A DNA stretch of 64,000 bases, taken from IMG/VR virus record IMGVR_UViG_3300050509_000509, positions 9,812-73,811 of that record. One strand, given 5' to 3'. The notes under the pieces were generated by a model, which was not told the DNA's origin, searched no databases, and saw only the letters and a list, made by a program, of their open reading frames with translations. The position numbers and the translations under genes are program-made. Source of the stretch: a virus. Lineage: Duplodnaviria > Caudoviricetes. Of the stretch, positions 32,201 through 38,300 are shown in pieces (within the stretch, counting starts at the first letter, position 1; each line of letters starts with the position of its first letter).

Positions 32201-32737
32201 CTCCTGTTGCCATTTTGTATAATAGTTAGGAAAATCGTTCTCAAGATTTTTGAGCCACCTGTCGATGTCAGCACCAGTTTCTGTATTCCAGGGCTGCCCG
32301 GATCCGATAGAAGCTACAGTATCCGGAATTGCTGTAACAGTGTTCCAGAATGTTCCCGCCGCGAAAGCACCTGTCTTGACAAGTGCATTTGCCCATTTAT
32401 TATACCATGGTTGGGCTTTACCGAAAGCCTCCTCGCTGTCCTCTCCAGGGAGTATTGATCTATATCTTGGGTTGAATACTTCGGATGCACTGAAAGAAGG
32501 TATACGACCAGGCGTAAGTTTATCCTGAGTTCCAAGAACCGAGGCATTGAATTGCTCCATGAATCTTTCGGAGTTCTCTGCAGGCGTAAAATCACCTGTT
32601 CCTGGAATAGGAATGGGAGCAATATTGGGTACCTCGAACCCACCAGGAGAAGGTAGGTCTTCAGTGAGGAACCCAGGGTCGCGCTGTTGGGAAAGGATAT
32701 CCCCTTCCCTGAGTATATTCTCTTCTGGTAAGGCCAT
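20285..32737 (-). CDS. Virion-packaged DNA-dependent RNA polymerase (crAss-type), 4150 aa
   Basis: GFRIPTQG and AGSDFDIDK (DFDID at 23324-23338), matching the phi14:2 gp66-type catalytic motif; zincin-like HEAFE; synteny. Confidence 0.9.
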   Translation of the reverse strand: MALPEENILREGDILSQQRDPGFLTEDLPSPGGFEVPNIAPIPIPGTGDFTPAENSERFMEQFNASVLGTQDKLTPGRIPSFSASEVFNPRYRSILPGEDSEEAFGKAQPWYNKWANALVKTGAFAAGTFWNTVTAIPDTVASIGSGQPWNTETGADIDRWLKNLENDFPNYYTKWQQEHPFMSAVPFSGGFANFWGDKFLKNLGFTIGAIGGAVATDLIVAAATKGIGEIPLVANQIGRAALYLNKIFTGADKVSDLMALGQAVGRTPQQLVQLESLARAAAATRALNGTRYALALYGSAASEAGFEAREGYNTVREELLTAYQRENGYSATGKELEDIERYAKAAGNTRFGINLVLLGISNAIQFETFLKPFTAAKAGFRSSIQKELSASQIGLREGSIDVFEKVVPSTVAGKIWSKIRPVAPSIFSEGIFEEGGQYATQIGTENYYVRNYLYDKGIPGTQYMKDETPWDARSQMNNIMHSISEGMEGAYGTDSGLESVFLGAITGALTGGVQNVLSKSRNDQERMAVLNLLNSQGITGTIRNNYDAAVKSQRIAEDMKEAARNNDVFKYKNFQHEQFVNFVVSGLRANRFDVRIEQLNMLKDMSDEEFKKAFGLDKTTENVRTVTEYVDALRNEAISIRDTYNLIENTFTNPFAYKSRAANAEQSLENEKYHQFNQWKDELVYLARVLPEATRREGTIALAISAITPAVSPQAVRMLTNRDSVKRYINRLKEEAGVLQRALDDKTSPDREADTKRANLLNKHLKALESALSEKELSGDKYARIFADILTFIANGETDEPRVTIPQEAVNQLIQYGIDLNRLEKMKQAANEAFEKLSSEEGFNKYFNTITREQQKASTPPQPATAPVAPAPAKATTQQTTPTSVIVKSPQNQQFIFDQDAWYFVNIDPNPAVNPERVKVRGQNPNGVVIEKEDGSTAVVPNDVFFREDKFTEDINEEVDDATTKDGSAPPPNDQPGNVVVGEDKKDLAFGLYSTTDPTYNVRTTPDDNFQRRHQNFLFNLGSSNPELFNQENKGKLRIIPITAKTQELFGFPEDWITDKGDDPNNSSIRAVYVVDMNVDPQKAHDEIIAALTQRQPEMPGTFKMWEVNSDFIDFIYQQAVGLTQEGADYGTPARDEMIKLTGSEELLDKIIALREGRELYYVDENGNVLSQITREANPNRLIYTNLASTDITFQNGPRYTNKENLDEKKVQDWWREKRAEILAVDSVEGTPIFQFYVSRGRPNVANYDTRNSVVESKLIREEDMDLPIITVATQGNVAVLGAYNASGEGISAAKAGINMPLGTPLLNFGGNLEFLNTRKLTQSEAANIFELLKVISDRSSTENKSALFKFLNKVVYLANPKKGIMAGPNSITIDGSSLFLGTSKDPIQLAPASLDLHRGRIVDFLNDLYHVTNNSELLRIARNPKANDLEFAELDVYDGKVKVARRWKNYNYYLLSSKAPDGKNRGEPPLTTHIVVPMEGEVPIVQKYSVLKGIDFDSHLYARASGQPTSSPTPPPIQPQQPIPQQAAQTQGVGGAAEKLQWVEVDLGGSLVKLVFKDVVRDAQDNIIDLTPVGIIEEGKPIKPFTKPEVVKQIILDNIRKSQIKKDDTNSGNDMPWLGGNGGKKEGDDQYRAFNPANNDYKRANLAEEFKEFHRIIPDDILIRQTDHLLRTTSGGFAWGALRDKMVYIYKHAEVGTVYHEAFEVIWNHFLSGSEQQDIYNEFLRRDGTFKTFTGQTKNFSEASLKEAKEQIAEEFRDYKLNGTLPQGPKAKSFLRRLLDFIKRIIFGDEYDVNLLFKRMNQGYYRNYSTPLRDTAESAFREVGLEQFSEAFVQDVLQGMTIEMFQQAYREASDIVSNIEEGGGAASWILYEKLRSRLVHYFEQTDPKYGDTLAAEFNDRYKRLTKDDDREAMRNQIRSILENWQRIKDNWPSFTREHKRYMRVFNVEFVIDDEGNIAFSEEVEEDVVGDSANQVEYDRDIFRIDAKNSASLKVKLLIATMADSYWQQATAASIGAARNPQLIGIKRDNSLMFLPKQVQYAKVFNYMLHNTSNINGLYDIVKRLKEMTSDREHRKPIDANVQRLINRLSFDRGFEGKTPNQAKLLLSLENTLSKQKPEFFRQFVDFQRNTFFKTSVLNSKIDQIKQAWIADIKGSGIVMASRENVFIFSPSVIGIADNLRFLSKVGIDIEKKEYDRLSARDQAKFNKAVNNIKSLIEKAAREKTQIPIMSAKHMDFDSRLSDLAEIYVTNITGDDTQSQHPNLDNEPTSNFVLNNFVSTVLNDANSSATRDEFLSKKEMGYFNDIFHEDSWLLNSVIFDADGKFNRAVQLGVVEGRETWNQDNRSASKLTEAERQLYEINNNLNGVFYTLLPADAKTEWAINSGTFLNAQNFFGDDSSRSNEITRLTKLMYNWLDTEVELAKGYGDRTDIVALNRKIADRTVGNSLRFFKDILPKEIVDKIHISVIDNEHPLDRIITEEQLRPIIREFAERKAEAVLNNLIDWKIIGISGTDGNEYRLNGFDRTFLDTYLGKRQHFTRTEVVRLLGFREMNYIVNNIELHKFFFGDPAQYKDELKRIKSFLSGREVMHVDTLETSEGFDQWANTALNMVNNEVLLKEGDPGWHHFGEFATTITVFDIDFESNQIDEIEDAIGAEKAKPYRKGNEADAQAYLSNTAYREILWKSGGRFTNVQERQFQWELAWERQDRAKEGLYTYTSDSLRAADNELLKAPADTTVEFPILKLVHSGMQVVNGNALASLDKASWAPLFYRWVKGTKLGTLYNRMQEDGIDYVRMESAHKVGIQRDGLVSLYDTNGNINGLAISKAIPEYIPHKFMGVQVEQSKKSKGQTEGSQARKMVTADLMSNGVPIDYISQFSTEDEAYDSWNKLEEKEKLRSSAIYKKVKRHDDAIERLTWARVDDTMRKLGITMVNDQPVINDRQRVSEFLLGELERRELPRNIAYGLEIDPATGDFAQPLEANAQYKKIRDILYSVMDRTIMRPTVNGGQKTLLAVTGWEKGARVIKRMVNGKPVYTSDTLKFYTRGEDKTVGCEIMLPYWFGKKLLEQGSLRTKEEVIKYLNTTKEGQRLLRGVGFRIPTQGPNSIDFFTVKDFLPEQMGSVAIFPSEITVKAGSDFDIDKINMYLYNFYVDNATGYPKMVEWKGSIEKTKEYIGQLLDSGNVITRQQKEELDRIIAEETEDLDENNLLMRIPAVMAMFTDEAITRDFLGKTKEFLTSKLTMQAMENEFFDAIEDLMSLPEKYASLVAPNDASDLKDLRDKLKKIKGLDTQENSLGDYGRLVDSMYMMQERQAYMASKGVVGTSAVSQTAHAVSQNMQGGLIIEDPSIEARFAANYINGKLTLSGLHIAGTNKLISNINSQTTDGGVDVSKDKFLAEMGITSDTLKNFLSLVRMGASPEWAVLYINQPSIQEFLKLKAIHNSVSSINPRIIRLPDWRLLNRVYAKFGGVSKDRKELKNKPKRYTIEQMTEMIRAIAQGEQLNAAQKKLQLMILDDYTRFNRAVGRYEGYEALAWDLFHFYQGYNWDTARLNDPNAIRLKQLRFDKANGLPISPVTKVMSSTFIGAMKRSTERLDRALRTLIGVQTGQGGDILDKIAWDLFNQVGLNEQLRRSLLLAAELAMVDYLIQTRSNIAGQSLNTFIYPLMLGDKAVARYIRALQKSNDKRLANNPFIKNLIASIDSRQGYPSVINLLERDYDTYTSNVWTDAFREMKDDVTVISINNNEADDRTVAQIYKNLVLAALIQSGSKRGSNSISHLIPNVTYSEFTQQSLKNQQFENFYNNYTFYRALWTNNRLVPQVEMEQLDPQDPTSPLIYTYLRSAKITEALKEITQLEKPGNVLNLQAWKYKGFRAVKILDPLRDEKGVFIGVIPRLFVRVDTFGDFGRAPLSVTKGRILFREINAWGDATTQEFYAEAKPSVLPLNPKVQEYTDDALIYALSRAGFPTNTSDQMLFDIVRKYEGDDDPSEDDQGNRSPDPNMPDAPLKIVETDPNHLPLPEPMDFPMPAALNIIGKDTTTFDQIVKGERTSTTRSYWHNVAKGYIPNAMEMKGKTLTFGSPDGRIVSVEVIDVHKITKEDLKNKEFMEQWSQKENWTVAHLKNQKFVGSYQVEFRLSRPSGDDIQNKIDNCIKPS

Positions 32738-35394
32738 TACTTATTTTTCTGGAGTAAAGCGTCAATATATTGATCGTTCACCATACCGAGAAACCTGGTT
32801 ATCTGTGCCTCGGATAGGAGCTGACCAAAGTTAGCGGTTTTTTCTGTCCACTGCTTTGTGTCTTTATCATATACGTATAGCTTGGCCTGAAGACCGCCAT
32901 TCTTAAGTGGCTCTTCGACGTGGTACATTACTCCATACTTCTTGAGAGAATTGTTGCGAAGTGTAAAAGCCGATGATCTGCCCGTTCCATCAACATCTGT
33001 TGTTACGCGTCCTGTGCCTCGTGTAAGTTGAAGTGCTTCACGAATGGCCTGGAAGTTATCAAGGAATTGATTGGCACCAAATAGATCTTGGGCCTGTGCC
33101 TTACTAATATCTACCTCGACTGGTTTATCTCTGACTGTTGTATTGCTTGCTCTGAGAGCATAGCGATCTCCGCCATAAGACATGAGTGAGTAAGTAGTAT
33201 TGCCAGCATTTGCTTTGTTCAGCATGGAAGATAGATCGTCCTGATCATAGAGAGGATTTGGATTTTCCTTACCTTCCTTTGCAATACTATTGAGCAGATT
33301 CACTACAACCGCCTGTGTACCACCCTGATCCTCCTGTTTGAACGCTTCTACCACAAAGGAAGTAGGTTGGTCCGCACCTACAATGCTTCTCACTGCATTG
33401 TTCATATAGGTATTACGGTTGTTTATGATGGCCCTGGCTCTGGTATTTATACTCTCATTCACACTATTCAGCCGGTTGTAAATCTCCCTCTCTGGTCCGA
33501 ACATACCGGCGCTACTATTACGTTCCATAGTCTTGGCAATACGTTGCTCTGATGGTGTCATGATTTGACGCGCTCTTGCCCAGTCTATTTCGTTGTATGG
33601 TACACCCTTTTCATCTCTGCGTTTCCTCATTACCTGTTCCAGCTTGCTATTGAAATCTACCTGCTGCTGAGCATTCCATACCTCCCCCCCTCCAATATCC
33701 AATGGTTTGACATTCTTTAAGAGATCTTTAGTATTCCATACCTGATCTGCTTCTCCTTGCAGCCCATTTATTGCAGCTTTTCTATTCTGTACACGCCTAT
33801 CAGTAGTAGAGAGGTTGTCAAAATAAGTCTTCACTCCATCAGGAACTTGTTCTCCTCTATCGTACGACTCCTTGAATTTGAGAATAGTAGCCTCTGCCTC
33901 ATTCTTTATGAGGTTTGGATCCTTCCCAGTCACATTATATTCGTATCTGGGTGATGTTCCATCCGGATTACGTACTACCTTGACTAGGTCTGGTCTGGCC
34001 TGTGCGAGCAATGCCATCTTCTGTGTTTCAATGCCCTGCTCCATCTGAGATGTCTCATCAACAAATTTACTGGTGTTGATAGCTTCCAATTGTTGCTGGT
34101 CAATAGCCTCTCTGATAGCAGCTCCGGTGAGAGTAAGAGGTGCTCCATCAGCCCCAATCCCCTTTTTCCTCAGCTCTGCCTCAGCCTTCATACGCTCAAT
34201 ACCCAGTCTTTCACGATCTATATCTACACGCTGAGCTTCCAGACCTATCCTGGCAGCTTCAAACTGTTTATTGACCAGGAATTCCTGGAATTTAATGTCA
34301 TTCTCTCTTTTGCGCTCAGCAGCCATGAAATAAGGATTCTCTTTGTAAGTGAGTGCATTTTCTGCATAGGCAAAGCCATCCCCAAATCTGGTAAGCCAAT
34401 TCTGCATATATAGGTTAGCCTTGTAACCTTCAAGATTACTATCTATGGATTGTATATCCTTACGATAATCATTCTGATATTGAGTTGCCCTCTCTCTGAG
34501 AGAGGCGATGCGTGCATCTACCTGAGCAACATGATTTGGATCTCCCTGGTTGGTCTGCCTATCTACCATAAGCCCTTTGATGGCATCATTGATCTGCTCC
34601 AGCCTGTAGGTATAGCTGGCATCAGATACCTGCTTCATGGTATTCTTATCGTAATCCTTGTAGTTGTATGCACCATCAATACTGAGCTGCTGCATGTCGT
34701 TCGGGTCCAGTGATGCACGAATGGCTGCCTGTATACGCTCCGGAGTTATTCCTTTTACAGATTTCTCCATCATAGCAAAGTCTATTTCTGGCAATCCATC
34801 CTTACCTAACAGAATATTTCCATCACGCCCGCGTTTGTATGGGATATCTTCTAATGTGGAATTGGGATCTAAATCCTTGATCACTCCGAGTACTTTCTTA
34901 TTGACATCTGTAAATGGAGTATAATCTCCATTAAACACAGATGAAATGTCTCCATCAGATAGCCAGTTATTGACCTGCTTTTGGAAGTACCACTCATTCG
35001 AAGGCGAAGAAGCTCCTTTGGATTGAGCCTCTTTCATCTTTGCCATTCCTGCTTTATATCGACGTGTAGATTGCTCAGCCCCCTGTATGATAGGATCACT
35101 GGCTATTTTGGATGTGAGTACACCCACAGAATTTACCAGTTGCTGATTGGAGAAATCACGCTGAACGATCTTACTTACTTCTCCCTGCAACTGCATAGTA
35201 CGCTTCTGTAAATAGTCTTTCTGCTCAGGCTTGATTACTTCAATACCTGCAACAGAATCTATATAAGATTGGACCTTCCTTACCCCTTCATTGTACTGCA
35301 TCTGCTTTGCCATGCCTACGCGCACATAGTCATCTACAGGCAGCTGTGAGATATAAGGATTGAATGGTATAAGTTGGTCTGTAAATGATGCCAT
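32737..35394 (-). CDS. Virion cargo/ejection protein
   Basis: Helical 885-aa protein between the first cargo gene and the RNAP gene; FNPYISQLP N-terminus. Confidence 0.65.
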   Translation of the reverse strand: MASFTDQLIPFNPYISQLPVDDYVRVGMAKQMQYNEGVRKVQSYIDSVAGIEVIKPEQKDYLQKRTMQLQGEVSKIVQRDFSNQQLVNSVGVLTSKIASDPIIQGAEQSTRRYKAGMAKMKEAQSKGASSPSNEWYFQKQVNNWLSDGDISSVFNGDYTPFTDVNKKVLGVIKDLDPNSTLEDIPYKRGRDGNILLGKDGLPEIDFAMMEKSVKGITPERIQAAIRASLDPNDMQQLSIDGAYNYKDYDKNTMKQVSDASYTYRLEQINDAIKGLMVDRQTNQGDPNHVAQVDARIASLRERATQYQNDYRKDIQSIDSNLEGYKANLYMQNWLTRFGDGFAYAENALTYKENPYFMAAERKRENDIKFQEFLVNKQFEAARIGLEAQRVDIDRERLGIERMKAEAELRKKGIGADGAPLTLTGAAIREAIDQQQLEAINTSKFVDETSQMEQGIETQKMALLAQARPDLVKVVRNPDGTSPRYEYNVTGKDPNLIKNEAEATILKFKESYDRGEQVPDGVKTYFDNLSTTDRRVQNRKAAINGLQGEADQVWNTKDLLKNVKPLDIGGGEVWNAQQQVDFNSKLEQVMRKRRDEKGVPYNEIDWARARQIMTPSEQRIAKTMERNSSAGMFGPEREIYNRLNSVNESINTRARAIINNRNTYMNNAVRSIVGADQPTSFVVEAFKQEDQGGTQAVVVNLLNSIAKEGKENPNPLYDQDDLSSMLNKANAGNTTYSLMSYGGDRYALRASNTTVRDKPVEVDISKAQAQDLFGANQFLDNFQAIREALQLTRGTGRVTTDVDGTGRSSAFTLRNNSLKKYGVMYHVEEPLKNGGLQAKLYVYDKDTKQWTEKTANFGQLLSEAQITRFLGMVNDQYIDALLQKNK

Positions 35395-35398
35395 TTCT

Positions 35399-38300
35399 TT
35401 ACTTTTTATTCAGTGGAGGTACAGTCATAAGCGGTAGATTTCTACGTTTCATTTCCAGATCCAGCGCTCTTTGCATCTCTCTGAGATCAAAATCATCATA
35501 TTCTGTATAACCTTTCACGTTACCCTGTGCATCATATCTGGTTACTGTACGCAAATCAGGAGTCTGATTAGCTGCCCGATTTCCTGAGAAATTGAATAAT
35601 GCATTAGGACCAAAGTAGGTGGCCTTCAGACCGCCATCTTCTTGGGGCACGAATCTATAATCATACAGATTTTCGTAAGCTGCCAGACGCTTGTTTTCAT
35701 ATCTATTCTGCATATACTTACTCGATAGACTGTTCACAATCATCTGGTTTGTTGCACGAGTATTACTACGTGCCTGCGACTGACGTACCATCTGAGTATC
35801 AGCCAGTGCCAGGTTCTTCAGATTGGCATCATTGAGTAATGCTACATTCTTGTTGGTTACATCACTGGCTATTGCCTGGTTAGTTCTAAACTCCTCACCT
35901 TTTACGTTAGTATCAGCAGCATATTTTTGAGCAGCAAGTTCTCCGAGAGAGGATGGATTTTGTGCTCCGACAGCCCTGCGCAGGGCATTAAATGAGTTCT
36001 GATTTGCATTCAGCCTATCCTGGAAGCTTACCTGGTAGGGTTGATAGAGTTGTGGTTCATACCGCTGTGTAGGTACGGGCTCTACACTATTGGTAGCTGC
36101 TGCATATATCTCTCCAAGGAGCTGGTTTATATGCAGCGGTTCTACATTGCTGGGCAGATTTACATCATCTGGTGGATTCAATGGATCATATGGCGGTTCC
36201 ACTGTACCAGGTCTGGGTCTTTGTGCACCTGGAGTGAATCCAGGCACATTAGGAAGATCATATGGGGTAAATGGAGGTGCCACAGAAGGAGTTTTAGCCC
36301 CTGGGCCATATCGAGTACCTTCACCTTGTTTCATGGTACCAACCATGAGTTCGAACTCAGCAGGACTCAAATCACCTACTTTTGCATTACTTAATGCACT
36401 CAAGTCATACTTATAAGGATGTTTGCCAGTCCATTTATGAATGGCCTTATCAATAGGCAAATTCTTGTACTCAGAACTTTTCAAAAGGGTACGCATTGCC
36501 TTATCGCCAGCTTCTTTGTTAGGGAAAACAGCGAAGTTCCCACCATCATCAGCAGGTGGGCCTTTTATGGCACCCATTTTCTTGGCAAATTTGCCCCATT
36601 TGATATTACCTGGATTGTTATTGCGATCCGCCATTGTGGGATCATTTATAGCTCCTCCTGCCTGGTAGTACCCCTTACCTTTTACTTTCTTTCCCTTCTT
36701 GGCTTTTGCCATTCTGCCAGCCGAGAGCTTTTCAGCATCCAGTCCAAATTCATCTGCTGTGTCCAACATTGCTTTCTGTAAAGCAGAAAGACTCTCCTTC
36801 TTCTGTGCCAGATCACGTTGACCCAGCTCTCCGCCTTGCATCATTACCATGCCTGAATTGAACTTCAGCTTCTCGAATTTATTGGAAGGGTTGGCTTCAT
36901 TGACATACTTGGATCCACTTGTTTTCAATCTATCGTAGTGTTGCTCCTTCTTGGCAATCTCTTTAGCGACAGTTTTGAACTTAGTTCTTGTACCAGGCAG
37001 GTACATATTGCCAAATATATTCAGGTTACCTTCTGTATCCTGCGCAGCATATTCTCCACCTTCAACTTCTACAGGTGTACCATTATAGTGCATACCGATC
37101 CCACCGTTATCATGAGAAGCACCTTGAAACTCTACTGTGCCACCATCGTAGGGATTGTATGATGCAAGCTTGGAGTTGCCACCCCACATAGTTCCTATTT
37201 GTCCGCCATCATCATAGATCACACCCCCTTTTTTAAGGCTGGCTGTAGCCCCTGCGATAGGAGGAGTAGGAGCACTTAAATAGGATGGTCTCATCGCAAG
37301 GTCACCTCTCTCAGAGAAGGATACCTGCCGTGTTTTTGGATCATACTTGTATTCTCTACCATAGCTCTTTGTACCCTCTGTGTTGCTTACGCCAACAGAA
37401 GGAGTAAGCTGGAGACTTGCAAAGCGTCTTCCATAATTCAGATTCCTTACATCATTTTCACCTTCTTTGGTACCATATAATGGTTGACGACCCTGCTGCA
37501 CATTGTAGGAATTCACATCCTGTAATGCTCCAACATATTCATTATAGTCCTCAGGATTGAGCGTAGACTGAACTTCAGCAGGTGTCAGATAATCATCAAA
37601 TGGAGTATCCTGCACATACTTCTCTGCACCAGCCATATCTCCTGTCCTTCTCAGACCTGTAAGACCTGTGAAATAATCTTTGAACCCTTGAGGATTCTTT
37701 GCTTTCAACTTGTCATTTAGAATGTTCTTGAAATGACCCAGTCTGGCGCTCGCCTGATAATATTTTTCCTGCGCAGAAAGTTGGGGCGCGCCAGGTGCTG
37801 TATTATTCACCTGAGTACCCATCTGGGCCTTACCAGCAGCTACCATTCCAAAGTATTGTTTCTGCTTCTTGGTGAGTTTCTTACCGCTTGCTGTACCATC
37901 TCTGAGCATCTCTTTTGCTTTTGCTGCACTCAGGCCCGCGCGAGCCATTGGATATTCCATAACTCCATCCGCATTGAAGTTATAATCCTGTCCAGGCATC
38001 ATCATCATTTCCTCTCCTAAGGAGCCTTTTTGAATAGGACGTGCCATTATAGGTTGAGAGACTCCCTGCATAGTAATATTACCACCAGGTATAATATTGT
38101 AAGGATTGTTAGCAGTTGCACTACCATCGAGATAGCCAGTATTATTGATTGGACCTCCCTGTTGGTACTGTAACCATTGCTCAAAAAGATCTGTGTTGGG
38201 GTATCGAGGACCTACTTCACGGAATTCTCTACCATTCCAGTTGACCTGACCGCCTTCTTTATACTGAATCCACTGTTCAAGCAAATCAGTATTTGGATAC